Positions 9,721 through 20,858 are shown, counted from the stretch's first letter. The stretch: DNA of 64,000 nt from Candidatus Bathyarchaeia archaeon (GCA_038870975.1 JAVZJD010000002.1:576001-640000), one strand, 5' to 3'. The notes: a model not told the origin generated them from the letters alone. Numbers and translations are program-made.

Positions 9721-9825
9721 AATAAGAGTCTCAGAAGATTTTCCAAAATAAACGTTGCTAAAGATCTATTTGGAAAATATCCACAGTGAAAAGAAAGCTT
9801 TATATGAAAATGTTAACAGTTATCC

Positions 9826-12708
9826 ATGCTGGTGACTTTTATTGCTTCAACCTCGAAATCCATCGAGGAGAAATGGAGGAAAATATGGGAGAGAGAACGT
9901 GTATACGAAGCCGACTTAGACCTTTCTAAGCCCAAGTTCTTTTTGACAGTAGCCTATCCGTATCCTAATAGTCCTCAACACGTAGGTCATGGTCGGACGT
10001 ACACGATAACAGACATCTATGCACGATATAAGAGGATGAGGGGGTTTAAAGTACTATTCCCTATGGGTTTTCACTACACTGGCACACCCATCCTTGCTAT
10101 GGCTAAGAGACTTGCATCAGGAGATGAAGAACTCAGAGAACTCTTCATCAATATCTATAAAGTTCCAAAGGAAATGCTAAAGGAGCTTGAAGACCCGTTT
10201 AAAATGGCGAGGTTTTTCCACGAGGAAATTAAGACTGGTATGAAAGAAATGGGTTTTTCAATAGATTGGAGAAGAGAATTCACAACCGTAGACCCGGGCT
10301 ACAGTAGGTTTATACAGTGGCAGTTTAGAAAGCTTAAAGAGAAGGGGTATATTAAGATCGGTACACACCCCGTTGGTTGGTGTCCAAGCTGCGGAAACCC
10401 AGTTGGACAACACGATACAAAAGGCGATGTTGAACCTGAAGTCGTTGAATTCATAGCTATAAAATTTAAAATGGGAGACTTTTTCATACCTACAGCTACA
10501 CTTAGGCCTGAAACGGTTTTCGGAGTTACAAATATATGGGTGAATCCTGAGGCAGATTATGTTAAAGCTGTTGTCGACGGGGAGAAGTGGATAGTAGGCT
10601 TAAAAGCTTTGGAGAGACTTAAACATCAAAATCTCCGAATAGAGCCTTTAGAAATTTTCAAGGGGCGGGATATTATCGGAAGAAGTGTATTAAATCCCGT
10701 TAACGATAAATCTATACCAATTTTAGAGGCAAAATTCGTAGACCCAAGCCATGGAACTGGCGTAGTCATGTCTGTACCGAGCCATGCTCCGTACGACTAC
10801 ATGGCGCTTAAAGAGATTAGAGAGAGAATTGGTTGTTCGATTGAGCCTATAACTATTATCGGTTTCGAGGGGTCTGGAAGCATTCCAGCGGCTGACGTTT
10901 GTAGTAAAATGGGTATTAGAAGTCAAGTTGATCCGAAGCTTGATGAGGCGACTAGAGAGCTCTATAGACGTGAATTAATGTTTGGAGTTATGCTCGATAA
11001 TACTGGTAAATATTCAGGTATGAGGGTCTCAGAGGCTAGAGAGCTTATTAAGAAAGAGCTTATTGAGCAGGGCTACGCCAAGATAATTTATGAACTTTCA
11101 GACGTGGTCTACTGTAGATGCGGTGAACGATGTGCTGTTAAGATTTTGGAGAATCAATGGTTCATAGACTACGGAAACCGCCGTTGGAAGGAAGAGGTGT
11201 ATGAGTGTTTGAACTCTATGCGTATAATTCCGGAGGAGCTTAGAGTTGAGTTTAGGAACGTCGTAGAGTGGCTTAAAGAGAGAGCATGCGCTAGACAGAG
11301 AGGATTGGGGACAAAGCTTCCATGGGATGAGAACTGGGTGATAGAATCTCTATCCGATAGCACAATATACATGGCTTACTACATCGTGGCCAAGTACATA
11401 AACATGGGTTTGCTTGAGCCTACTAAGCTAAATGACGACTTCTTCGACTACGTGTTTCTAGGAATAGGTGACCCAAAAAACGTAGCTTCTTCATTGGGTG
11501 TGGAAACAAAGCTCGTTGAGGAAATAAGGAGAGAATTCGTCTATTACTATCCTCTAGATAGTAGACACTCTGGTAGAGACCTTGTTCCAAACCACTTGAC
11601 GTTTTTTGTATTCAACCATGTAGCCATATTTCCAAGGGAGCTTTGGCCGAGGCAAATAGTTACAAACGGTAGCGTTTTAATGGAAGGACGTAAAATGTCT
11701 AAAAGCTTAGGCAATATAGTACCTCTCAGAGAAGCGATTAAAGAATACGGTGCGGACGCATTAAGGATAGCTGTAGTTTCTACAGCTGGACTACTTCAAG
11801 ATGCGAATTTCAGCCCATCTCTAGCTAAATCTGTGGCAGATTTTCTCGAAGCGCTCCTTAGACAGTATAGAGCCGTAGCAAGTATGCCTATTGTAGAATC
11901 TAAAGCCGATAGAGTCGACAGATGGCTGATAAGTAGATTGCAGAGGACGATTAAAGATGTAACCGAAGCTTTTGAAGAACTTGACGTAAGAAGGGCTGTT
12001 CAAATTGTACTCTACCAGATGGATGGCGAGTTGAATTGGTTCCTTAGAAGGAAGGGGTGTTTAAACCTTGAAGATGCTTCTAAATATTCAAGTACTCTGC
12101 GAAAGTTTATGGAGGTTAGAGCCAAGTTGCTAGCTCCTCTAGCACCCTATACAGCTGAGGAAGCTTGGAGTTTGATTGGAGGATATGGGTTAATCTGTAA
12201 AGCCGAGTGGCCCCAACCGGATTTAAGCACGATCGATGAAGAGGCTGAAAAGAGTGAAGAGTTTATTAAAGAATTGATCGAAGATACTAATAGGATACTT
12301 AGAGTGCTTCCCGGGAGACCATCAAGGATAGTGTATTATGTCGCAGCTGATTGGAAGTGGAGTGTCTATGAAGATGTCTTAAACATGGAAGAGCCCGATG
12401 TTAAAACGATCCTAGTTAAGCTTGAAAACACAGGTGTTAAAGTAGATAAAGCGACGGTTGCTAAGTTTATTAGGAGTACGATAGATATGCTACCTAAGAT
12501 GAATAGAGAGTTTGCAAAAACTTGGGTTGGATTTAAACAACAACATGAATACCTTCTCTTAAAGGAGGTTAAAGAATTCTTGGAAAGAGAGTTTAAATGC
12601 GAGGTCTTGGTCTACTATGAAGACTCTTCTGAAATTTACGACCCTAAGAAAAGAGCGACATTAGCTAGACCGTGTAAACCAGCGATATACGTAGAAATAG
12701 AGGCTTAG
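9826..12708 (+). CDS. leuS: Leucine--tRNA ligase (archaeal type)
   Basis: YPYPNSPQHVGH (HIGH), ATLRPETVFG editing domain, KMSKS. Confidence 0.97.
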   Translation: MLVTFIASTSKSIEEKWRKIWERERVYEADLDLSKPKFFLTVAYPYPNSPQHVGHGRTYTITDIYARYKRMRGFKVLFPMGFHYTGTPILAMAKRLASGDEELRELFINIYKVPKEMLKELEDPFKMARFFHEEIKTGMKEMGFSIDWRREFTTVDPGYSRFIQWQFRKLKEKGYIKIGTHPVGWCPSCGNPVGQHDTKGDVEPEVVEFIAIKFKMGDFFIPTATLRPETVFGVTNIWVNPEADYVKAVVDGEKWIVGLKALERLKHQNLRIEPLEIFKGRDIIGRSVLNPVNDKSIPILEAKFVDPSHGTGVVMSVPSHAPYDYMALKEIRERIGCSIEPITIIGFEGSGSIPAADVCSKMGIRSQVDPKLDEATRELYRRELMFGVMLDNTGKYSGMRVSEARELIKKELIEQGYAKIIYELSDVVYCRCGERCAVKILENQWFIDYGNRRWKEEVYECLNSMRIIPEELRVEFRNVVEWLKERACARQRGLGTKLPWDENWVIESLSDSTIYMAYYIVAKYINMGLLEPTKLNDDFFDYVFLGIGDPKNVASSLGVETKLVEEIRREFVYYYPLDSRHSGRDLVPNHLTFFVFNHVAIFPRELWPRQIVTNGSVLMEGRKMSKSLGNIVPLREAIKEYGADALRIAVVSTAGLLQDANFSPSLAKSVADFLEALLRQYRAVASMPIVESKADRVDRWLISRLQRTIKDVTEAFEELDVRRAVQIVLYQMDGELNWFLRRKGCLNLEDASKYSSTLRKFMEVRAKLLAPLAPYTAEEAWSLIGGYGLICKAEWPQPDLSTIDEEAEKSEEFIKELIEDTNRILRVLPGRPSRIVYYVAADWKWSVYEDVLNMEEPDVKTILVKLENTGVKVDKATVAKFIRSTIDMLPKMNREFAKTWVGFKQQHEYLLLKEVKEFLEREFKCEVLVYYEDSSEIYDPKKRATLARPCKPAIYVEIEA

Positions 12709-12709
12709 A

Positions 12710-13396
12710 CTAGCCTTTAGCCAAATTTTCATATGCCTGTTTGAGGAGGTTAATGATGTAGGGTACTCTATCTTGACTCGATATTCTTACTCGGCGATCC
12801 ATTGGGGTGTCGAAGCTTTTTGGTATAGGTTTACTTAAATTCTCAGGGTCATTTATCGGTCCACCTGAGCGGAATCTAATCTCGATTTCACGTTTAAGTG
12901 GTAAAACTCTTAAATTTACAAAGTAGTGCTTCATTTTTCTACTCCTATATCCTATAAACGTTTTATTGATTTTCTCCTCGATATCTGAATCTAATCTCAG
13001 TATTTCACTTCTTAGTTTTAAAACGATTTCCTTCAAATCTTCGCTTAAACGTCTGAGATGGTAATCTATGGTTAGAGATGGCCTAGGTTGCTCCGGTATT
13101 TCTTCAGACTTAGTTACAGCCTCAACTTCAGCTTCAATTTCTCCAGTAGGAAGTCCGATTTCAGTAGGTTTGATTTTAACTTCCCACCAGAATTCATCTA
13201 TTTGAGCTGGAGTTTCTCTAGCTAAATTAGATCTCACTTCTTCAATATGCTTCATAAACTTGAGGTATAGTTCCTCTTCTTTAGACGGATCATCCCATGT
13301 ACAAATTTCACATATTGGAGCCTTTTTTCTTACACAGCCTAAGAGGTATGGGCAGAATATTAGGTCTTTCTCGACTTCGCGTCTACTACAGGGCAT
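12710..13396 (-). CDS. Cys-rich N-terminus plus DUF5655-like C-terminal domain
   Basis: C-terminal ...LRSEILRLDSDIEEKINKTFIGYR...LLKQAYE resembles DUF5655; N-terminal CP-x4-C...CxxC. Confidence 0.6.
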   Translation of the reverse strand: MPCSRREVEKDLIFCPYLLGCVRKKAPICEICTWDDPSKEEELYLKFMKHIEEVRSNLARETPAQIDEFWWEVKIKPTEIGLPTGEIEAEVEAVTKSEEIPEQPRPSLTIDYHLRRLSEDLKEIVLKLRSEILRLDSDIEEKINKTFIGYRSRKMKHYFVNLRVLPLKREIEIRFRSGGPINDPENLSKPIPKSFDTPMDRRVRISSQDRVPYIINLLKQAYENLAKG

Positions 13397-13466
13397 GAGA
13401 TTTTAAAGATAGAGCTATCAGATATATAGTTTTTCCTTGAAGCCTAGCTCACACATGTAGCTAACG

Positions 13467-13676
13467 CTACTGCTTCTTTCTATACCTCAGGATTACCCCG
13501 TACAATCCATGGAAGCCTATAAGCAAACCTGCAAATGAAGCTGAAAAGGCTAAGAAGGATAGGGGAAAAGATGGCTCTAAAACGCCAATCACCATTAAGA
13601 GTGATATGAGGAAGCTTGTAACTAGGAGAAAAGCACCAACAGTAATTTCAACATACTCTTTCTCAAGCATGACCAT
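13467..13676 (-). CDS. Small two-TM membrane protein at the end of the ABC operon
   Basis: Hydrophobic 69-aa ORF overlapping the ATPase stop. Confidence 0.7.
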   Translation of the reverse strand: MVMLEKEYVEITVGAFLLVTSFLISLLMVIGVLEPSFPLSFLAFSASFAGLLIGFHGLYGVILRYRKKQ

Positions 13677-14646
13677 AGAGCCAACACTTCACATGGTGGT
13701 TAACATCGACTTCGATCATTGGGGGCTCTTTGATATCGCATACACCTTTTATCATGTTTTCACACCTAGGGTGGAAGCGGCAACCGGTTGGAGGATTTAA
13801 TAGATTCGGCGGCTCACCAGCTGGAACCTTCTTAATCACGAAACGATTAGATGGGTCTGGGTCTGGTATAACGTTTAACAATGCTTTAGTATACGGATGC
13901 ATTGGATTAGCTAGTATCTTCTTTGTTTCCGCGTTTTCAACAATATGACCAGCGTACATTATAAGTATTTTCTCTGAGAAGTATCGCGTAGTAGAGAGGT
14001 CGTGTGTAATATACATAATGCCTAGTTCGTAGTCTTTCTGAAGATTCTGTAGCAGTTTAAGAATTTCTATTCTAACTGATGCATCTAGCATTGAAACAGG
14101 TTCGTCAGCAACTATTAGTTTAGGCTCTAAAATTATAGACCTTGCAATCACAAGTCTCTGCTGTTGTCCACCGCTTAACATATGCGGATATTTGCCGATG
14201 AAGTCTTCGACTGGAGTTAGCTTAACCTGTTCAAGAGCCTTATATACTCTTTCATCACGTTCTCTTCGATCTTTAACTCCGTGTATTATTAGAGGCTCCT
14301 CTAGAATCTTTTTAACAGTCATGAACGATGGGAGCGCTCCAAATGGATCTTGTTGAACAAGACCTGTTTCTCTTCTATACCATTTTAACTCTTTCCAACT
14401 CAGATGCGTTATATCCTTGCCATTAAATACAATTCGACCATTAGTGGGTTCATATAGTCTAAGTATTGTCTTACCTAATGTGGTTTTGCCGCAACCACTC
14501 TCACCAACTATTGAAATAGCTTCACCCTTGCTAAGAGTTAAGCTTACTCCATCTACTGCCTTTATGTATCCTCTTCTTCCGAAGAGGCCTCGTCTTACTT
14601 CAAAGTATTTTCTCAACCCTTCAACTTCCAATATCGGTGTATGCAC
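13663..14646 (-). CDS. oppF: Oligopeptide/dipeptide ABC transporter ATPase
   Basis: GESGCGKT, LSGGQQQR, ADEPVS, C-terminal CRFHPRC. Start moved to GTG 14646. Confidence 0.92.
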   Translation of the reverse strand: MHTPILEVEGLRKYFEVRRGLFGRRGYIKAVDGVSLTLSKGEAISIVGESGCGKTTLGKTILRLYEPTNGRIVFNGKDITHLSWKELKWYRRETGLVQQDPFGALPSFMTVKKILEEPLIIHGVKDRRERDERVYKALEQVKLTPVEDFIGKYPHMLSGGQQQRLVIARSIILEPKLIVADEPVSMLDASVRIEILKLLQNLQKDYELGIMYITHDLSTTRYFSEKILIMYAGHIVENAETKKILANPMHPYTKALLNVIPDPDPSNRFVIKKVPAGEPPNLLNPPTGCRFHPRCENMIKGVCDIKEPPMIEVDVNHHVKCWLYGHA

Positions 14647-14648
14647 GG

Positions 14649-15611
14649 TTATCCCCCTACATAAAGCCAACATTTTACGTAGAAGTTTTCATCTATGTAC
14701 ACTAACGGAGGGTCTTTAACGCATTTTTCGAATTTATATGGACATCTCTCTGCAAACCTGCACCCCTTAGGCAGGTTTAAAAGACTCGGAGGCGCTCCAG
14801 GTATGAAGTCCAACTTCTTGTCTGTCCTGAGCGTAGGAACACTCTCCATCAATTTCTGAGAATACGGATGTTTTGGATTATGATAGAAGGCGTTTGCATC
14901 GTTAAATTCAACGATTTGCCCGGCGTACATTACGGCGATTTTATCGGCTAATTCGCTTGATAGGCTAACATCGTGTGTTATGAATATCATGCTTAGCTTT
15001 AGATCTCTCTTGATGCTCTTTAGCAGATTCATAATGTTGGCTTGAGTCAGCACATCTAGTGAAGATGTCGGTTCGTCAAGAATCATAAGCTCAGGATTAG
15101 TCAGCAGGGACATCGCTATTATAATTCTCTGTTTCATACCGCCGCTTAATTCAAATGGATAGTGGTGAATGAAGTTTTCACTTATACCTACTATTCTCAG
15201 CGTTTTTGCAGCTTTCTCAAGTGCTTCATGTTTAGCTATCTTTTGATGTAGGATTAGTGGTTCAATCATTTGATCCCCGATTTTAATAACAGGGTTTAAT
15301 GAGTTTAATGCGGCTTGTGGGACATACGTGATTTTAACCCATCGAATTTCCTTCGTAAAAGATTCTTCATCTAACTCTACTAGGTTTAAATTGTTAAATA
15401 AAATAGACCCTTTATACGTGGAAGTATTTCTGGGAAGCAGTCTTATTATCGATTTTGCTAGAGAGCTTTTTCCACAGCCAGACTCTCCAATAATAGCGAC
15501 GGTTTCTCCTCTAAGTAGTGAGAATGACACGTCATCAACGGCTCTAACTTCTCCCTTCAACGTCCTATAATACATGATTAGATTTTTCACTATGAGAAGC
15601 CTTCTATCCAT
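14649..15611 (-). CDS. oppD: Oligopeptide/dipeptide ABC transporter ATPase
   Basis: GESGCGKS, LSGGMKQR, LDEPT, GCRFAERC. Confidence 0.92.
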   Translation of the reverse strand: MDRRLLIVKNLIMYYRTLKGEVRAVDDVSFSLLRGETVAIIGESGCGKSSLAKSIIRLLPRNTSTYKGSILFNNLNLVELDEESFTKEIRWVKITYVPQAALNSLNPVIKIGDQMIEPLILHQKIAKHEALEKAAKTLRIVGISENFIHHYPFELSGGMKQRIIIAMSLLTNPELMILDEPTSSLDVLTQANIMNLLKSIKRDLKLSMIFITHDVSLSSELADKIAVMYAGQIVEFNDANAFYHNPKHPYSQKLMESVPTLRTDKKLDFIPGAPPSLLNLPKGCRFAERCPYKFEKCVKDPPLVYIDENFYVKCWLYVGG

Positions 15612-17021
15612 TTACATTTCCCTCAATTTTGGATTGAATATTTTATCTAGAGCAAAGCCGAGCATTGCAAAGCTTAAAGAGGTGATTGTTAACATTAGAG
15701 AAGGCTCTAAAACCCAATAATATAAACCCTTGTATAGAGCACCGTTAGAGTATGCGTCGTTTATTATCTTGCCCCACGTTGGAGCTAGTGGATCGCCCAA
15801 ACCAAGTATCGCTAACGCCGCCTCAAGGAAGACGAAGTCTGCTACCGAGAGTACTATAGATGGAATTACCGTTGGTAGAACTTTAGGGATTAAATAGTGT
15901 GTTAAAATTCTCAGGTTACTAGCACCATAGGCTCTAGAAGCCTCAATATAGGGGAATTCTTTAATCTGTAGGAACATCGCTCTATAGTTTTTAACACTAC
16001 CGCCGAATATGCTTAACATTATGACAACCAATAGGAGAATCCAAATGTTGAACTTGTAAAATGTAGATATCATTATTAAGATTGGTAAAAACGGTAGAAC
16101 CATGAAAACCTCAGTTATTCTCTGCAATAGAGAGTCGGCTTTTCCTCCAAACCATGCGCTAACGGCTCCGATAAACATCTGTATAAGTGCTATGGAAACG
16201 GATGCCACTACACCAAATGATAATGCAATGGGTGTACCCCAGAGTAGAGCTATGCTTAAGTCTCTTCTTAAATGATCTGTACCAGCCCAACCGTAAACTT
16301 TACCGTATACGACGAGCTTAGCATCTAAATTCACATCGGCTTCAAACACTACGCCATCGATCCAGAGCTTGTAATTTCCCTTCATCACTTTAACCGTACT
16401 TGGGTCGAGAATACTGCTGTCTTCTGATGCGAAGAGTAAAATAGTAATCGGAATATCGTATCCTATTGTTCCGTTTATTTTCCTTGAAACCATGTTTTTA
16501 AGCTCTTTAGCCAGTCTATCATCATTAGATATGTAGTACCTATCTTCACCTCTAGACACCATCAAAGACTTTAAAACTATGTCTTCACCATTCGGTTTAA
16601 CCCAGTGTATTGTTAACTGGGGTGCTGAAGTATTGAACTTAGAGTTAAAGAATAGGTTTAATTCGCTTGGGAAGTCGTCGTATTCGTAGTTGAATGAAAA
16701 CTCGATTTTAATCCTTGTGAACTTATTGGATACTGGAATTAAAGCCTTAGATACACCAGGTTGAGGCTGTCGAGTATCTAGTATTAACGTTTCAGGCATT
16801 TTCTTAGACGAGAATAAATTTACCCATGATGGCATGGCGTTACGTGGACTATCTAACCAATACTGTTCCCCAGCTCTCCAAAGTTTAGTGGCATTATCAT
16901 AAGGTATGGCAAATAAAGTATATATCGATATTCCCACTAGGATGAGTATTATTGTTAGTCCACCTAAGGCAGACTTATAAACGAATAGAGTCCTAAGAGA
17001 CTGTTTAATGTTTGACAACAT
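15612..17021 (-). CDS. oppC: Oligopeptide ABC permease
   Basis: GTDHLRRD, EASRAYGAS (EAA loop), LGLGDPLAPTWG. Confidence 0.9.
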   Translation of the reverse strand: MLSNIKQSLRTLFVYKSALGGLTIILILVGISIYTLFAIPYDNATKLWRAGEQYWLDSPRNAMPSWVNLFSSKKMPETLILDTRQPQPGVSKALIPVSNKFTRIKIEFSFNYEYDDFPSELNLFFNSKFNTSAPQLTIHWVKPNGEDIVLKSLMVSRGEDRYYISNDDRLAKELKNMVSRKINGTIGYDIPITILLFASEDSSILDPSTVKVMKGNYKLWIDGVVFEADVNLDAKLVVYGKVYGWAGTDHLRRDLSIALLWGTPIALSFGVVASVSIALIQMFIGAVSAWFGGKADSLLQRITEVFMVLPFLPILIMISTFYKFNIWILLLVVIMLSIFGGSVKNYRAMFLQIKEFPYIEASRAYGASNLRILTHYLIPKVLPTVIPSIVLSVADFVFLEAALAILGLGDPLAPTWGKIINDAYSNGALYKGLYYWVLEPSLMLTITSLSFAMLGFALDKIFNPKLREM

Positions 17022-18082
17022 TATATGCCTCCAGCCTTAATTCTTGGGTCTAAGATTGCGTATACAAATTCTAAAACGAAGACCGTTAAAGCCAGTAAGT
17101 ACGCATAGATTATTACGAGACCAACTAGTACAGGGCTGTCAAACATAACAGAGGCTTGGTAGAATAGACTACCTATTCCAGGCCAGTTAAATATAGTTTC
17201 TGTCATTATTGCACCCATCCACGAGCCTATTAGTGTTAGGGAGAAGTCCGTTATGATTGGCGGTAACGTAGGCCTAAGTATGTATCTTCTCTGGATTAAG
17301 GATTCAGGTAGGCCTTTAGCTTTTGCAAGCTCTACATAGTCTTCACTTGAAAACATAAGGAAGAAAGTACGTCTTACGTATACATTAATAGGGGCATAGG
17401 CTATCAACCAAGATGTGATGGGAAGAATCATGTGTTTTAAAACACTTAATGTATAATCGACTTTATTGGTCGGTGGTGGGACATCCACCATCCCGCCGTA
17501 AGGTAGCAATCTTAACAGTGATGCAAATAGCAATATTAAGAATATTCCGTAGAACCAGCCTGGCATGGACGATAGAGGTGCGAACAATACAGACAATTTG
17601 TCTAAAACGCTACCGTACCTTCTAGCTAGAAAGAGCCCTGTGAATAAACCTATGAAGAACAGGAGGAGCTGTGTTGTTGTAAACAGGAGTACAGTATTTG
17701 GCAACCTCTCCAATATTATAATACGGACACTTTTGGAACCGCTATCGCTACTTATGAAGAGTGCCCTACCAAGGCTTAACGATAAAGCGTCTCTTAAATA
17801 GGAAAAGCTCCTATATATGAATGGTTTGTCAAAACCTATCTTCTTCAATTCATTGTTGTAAATTGCATTTATCAATTCTCTTATTTGGGTTTCATTTAAA
17901 GCCTTATATGCTGGATTTTGACGTATACTTTGCGAAATTGAAAAATATAAATCACTTTTAATTATTTCATCTACGTATCCACCCATGTTTGCAATCAGAA
18001 TAGTCATATATGTAGCAATAATCACAGTTAGGAAGAGTATGATTCCACGTTTAACTATATACTTTCCGAGCTTTGGAATCAT
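17021..18082 (-). CDS. oppB: Oligopeptide ABC permease
   Basis: ERLPNTVLL, DYVELAKAKGL, ETIFNWPGIG, LDPRI. Confidence 0.92.
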   Translation of the reverse strand: MIPKLGKYIVKRGIILFLTVIIATYMTILIANMGGYVDEIIKSDLYFSISQSIRQNPAYKALNETQIRELINAIYNNELKKIGFDKPFIYRSFSYLRDALSLSLGRALFISSDSGSKSVRIIILERLPNTVLLFTTTQLLLFFIGLFTGLFLARRYGSVLDKLSVLFAPLSSMPGWFYGIFLILLFASLLRLLPYGGMVDVPPPTNKVDYTLSVLKHMILPITSWLIAYAPINVYVRRTFFLMFSSEDYVELAKAKGLPESLIQRRYILRPTLPPIITDFSLTLIGSWMGAIMTETIFNWPGIGSLFYQASVMFDSPVLVGLVIIYAYLLALTVFVLEFVYAILDPRIKAGGI

Positions 18083-18107
18083 TGCATCACTTACCAGAGA
18101 ATAGATA

Positions 18108-18131
18108 GAAATAAAAAGGGGAAATAAAAAG
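18108..18131 (-). terminator. U-rich intra-operon terminator after the substrate-binding gene
   Basis: Two CTTTTTATTTC copies on the minus strand just after the oppA stop. Confidence 0.5.
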
Positions 18132-18138
18132 ATATTGC

Positions 18139-20808
18139 TTACTTTTTCCTGACAAATGGAATAACTATCGCTATTATTGCGATTATAACTGCTAGTGCTG
18201 CGACACTGGTTAACGTATTTACACTACTGCTTAATGAGCTGACTTCAGAGCGCAACTCTTCAATTTCACTCGTTAAACTGGCTATTCTAGTTTCGTAGTC
18301 TGCTCTAACCTTAGCCAACTCATCCATTAAGAATTCCGTTACACTCATAACTGTTGCTACAGCGGTCGTAGATACTGGCATACCTACAAGCTTAGACACA
18401 ACGAGTACGTTAATACTTAACGTTCCAGCTGTTAACATAGATGTTTCTTCGGGTTTAAGCACGATTCTCCATCTGCCATCTTCAACTGGCTCAGCAACAC
18501 CTATCAAGGTTGCAGTTGGACTCTTAACGATGTATTTTACATAGTAGATGTCATCTATACGGTATGGCTGCCCTTCAAAAGTCACTGAAACATCTATTTC
18601 AGATGGTAATCCAGGCGTAATAGTAGGAACTGAAACTACTTTAACCTCAGGTATCATAGGCGCTGAGAACCTGAGCCACTTATCCGCAGTGTCTGTAAAT
18701 TCTCTGTAGGCCTTCAGTACGACTATTTTAGCCGTCGGGTCGACTTTATCCAAGTAGAATGGCCCTGCACCTACCAAGAAGTGGCCTTTAGCCTCATACC
18801 AAGCTTTCAAATTGTTATACCTTTCTAAAGCTTCCTCTTCAGAGACGTATTTAGCCATTACATTCTCATACGGTATGAATTTCGTATCTATAGCTACATC
18901 TAAGTATTTTCTTAAAATCGGTAGGGAAGGCCCAGCTATGAAGCTCATCCACTCGACTTTAAGTGCTTCAGCCTTATCGGCTGAAAACGCTAGCTCACTG
19001 TTTACTTCTGCTAAACATCCGATTGCGACAGTATGCCACGGGCCAGGGCCATATGCATAGTCTGGGTAGAATGCGCTTGCAGCACTTGCTGCTATCTGTT
19101 CAGCGTCCAAATACAAGGCATCCGAATAATACTCAATGACCAGTGGTTTTTCGCTTACTATTCTAAAGCCTTTAAAGTACTCTTTGAAGGCTTCAAACAC
19201 GGGCACGTATGATTCATCGTACAGGGGGCTTTCCGGCTTAGCTCTATCAAAGGTAAGTATGTAGCTGAATACGATGTCTGCTAGTGAGAATTTGCTTCCG
19301 TCGTGGAACGTCATGTTGAATATGCTATCGTCATAGTAGACTATGGTCTTCGTCTTTGCAGTTGTTCCTGGTGGTGCATAGATGATCTCCTGCTTCTCAG
19401 CATCCCAATCGTACCATGCATCCGTCGGTACAGTAATACTCTCAACGAATTCTAGGGAAACCCAGTCTAAAGTAACACCTATAGGTAATCCTTCTAAAGC
19501 ATAGACTTCTGCCTTTTTAACCCTCTGCGGCCAATAAAGCCCGGTAAATGGATCAGGTATAACGGCTGGATCTGACGTCGCACGGTAGTACATTGCGTCA
19601 TATATCCAGTTGCTTCCTCCAACTGGATTTACGGGATCAACCAGAATATCTGTAGACGCTATTTTAACAGTTCCACCTACTTGATCAACATATCTGATCG
19701 TATAGGGCCATAGTCTTGCACCTGAAAAGCCTGCCGCTAAGTCGTATGTTAGTGATACTTCTTTCCTAGCAGGCCATGGAGCCACTTGGCTTACCAACCA
19801 AACCCTCACGGAATCTTCCATCGAAAGCTCTAAGGCTTTCTTCATTAGCTCGTTTCTTTCTTCAATCGATGTAAAGTCTCTAGCCCAGAGCCTACCCGCT
19901 ACATAGTCGAATTCGGGGCTTGGCTTGTAGGCACTCCATAGTGGTCCCATGCCCCCTCTCGGCGTGTAGAAGAAGCCGAAGTTATCCGATTCATCCCTGG
20001 AAACGAGTGTTGTTATCCACCCACCTGTGTAAATGTGGAACCTGCCGTCTGCTGGATTGCCTCTAATCCATATTGGAGAGGCCTCTCTACTAGTCTTATA
20101 CTGTCTATCGACTGTGAACCCTAGCTTTTCAAGCTGTGAGGCTACGTAGTCACCTATGGCTCTTCTCTGATCCTCCACTCTGATTAGGAATATTATCGTT
20201 ACAGGCTCGCCTTTGTAGTACCATTTTCCGCCGACTAGTTCAGCGCCAAGCTTAATCATTTCTTCAGTGATAATCTCCCTTGCTTTATCAAGGTCGTAAC
20301 TGTATTTTGACTCAATTTCCATAATTGTATCTGCATACCTCGCATAGTCTGGAAAAGCAGGCGTTAAGCAAGTGTATCTAGGTACAGCCATACCAGCCAT
20401 TATTTCGTCAACTATATACTTTCTATCCACTAGATAGTTTACAGCTTCTCTAATTCGTGGAACGGCGAATGGGTTTAACTTACCAGTTGCTGGAAACTCT
20501 GGACCCACGGGATTGAACGTTAACTCAAAGTAGAGTCCGAAGGACGTAATATACCATAGGTCCGGTGAAGCTTTTATCGTTCTGAATAACCCTGGGTCTC
20601 TTACATCTCTGAAGTACACTTGCATCTCATTTTTCATCAGCATGTCGATTGCTTTCGCTTCATCTGTTTCTACGAAAAAGTCTACTTCATCAACCCACGG
20701 TCCTTTCGGCGGTGCTTGAGCAGCGGAGACTGAAATACTCGTTGAAAGTATGCTGGAGAAAAGCGAAGCTAAGAGGACGATTGCCAATAGGCTAGCTTTA
20801 ATTTTCAT
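18139..20808 (-). CDS. oppA: Family 5 ABC substrate-binding protein with C-terminal coiled coil and TM anchor
   Basis: Signal peptide, NPFAVPRIREAVNYLVDR, FHDGSKFS, GAGPFYL; first gene of the operon. Confidence 0.88.
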   Translation of the reverse strand: MKIKASLLAIVLLASLFSSILSTSISVSAAQAPPKGPWVDEVDFFVETDEAKAIDMLMKNEMQVYFRDVRDPGLFRTIKASPDLWYITSFGLYFELTFNPVGPEFPATGKLNPFAVPRIREAVNYLVDRKYIVDEIMAGMAVPRYTCLTPAFPDYARYADTIMEIESKYSYDLDKAREIITEEMIKLGAELVGGKWYYKGEPVTIIFLIRVEDQRRAIGDYVASQLEKLGFTVDRQYKTSREASPIWIRGNPADGRFHIYTGGWITTLVSRDESDNFGFFYTPRGGMGPLWSAYKPSPEFDYVAGRLWARDFTSIEERNELMKKALELSMEDSVRVWLVSQVAPWPARKEVSLTYDLAAGFSGARLWPYTIRYVDQVGGTVKIASTDILVDPVNPVGGSNWIYDAMYYRATSDPAVIPDPFTGLYWPQRVKKAEVYALEGLPIGVTLDWVSLEFVESITVPTDAWYDWDAEKQEIIYAPPGTTAKTKTIVYYDDSIFNMTFHDGSKFSLADIVFSYILTFDRAKPESPLYDESYVPVFEAFKEYFKGFRIVSEKPLVIEYYSDALYLDAEQIAASAASAFYPDYAYGPGPWHTVAIGCLAEVNSELAFSADKAEALKVEWMSFIAGPSLPILRKYLDVAIDTKFIPYENVMAKYVSEEEALERYNNLKAWYEAKGHFLVGAGPFYLDKVDPTAKIVVLKAYREFTDTADKWLRFSAPMIPEVKVVSVPTITPGLPSEIDVSVTFEGQPYRIDDIYYVKYIVKSPTATLIGVAEPVEDGRWRIVLKPEETSMLTAGTLSINVLVVSKLVGMPVSTTAVATVMSVTEFLMDELAKVRADYETRIASLTSEIEELRSEVSSLSSSVNTLTSVAALAVIIAIIAIVIPFVRKK

Positions 20809-20842
20809 AAGATTTCCCTCGGAAATTTCTAACACATGTACT

Positions 20843-20858
20843 GTTTATAAGCTTTTCC
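20843..20858 (-). promoter_or_regulatory. BRE/TATA promoter of the opp operon
   Basis: GGAAAAGC-TTATAAAC on the minus strand, about 35 nt before the ATG at 20808. Confidence 0.6.
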
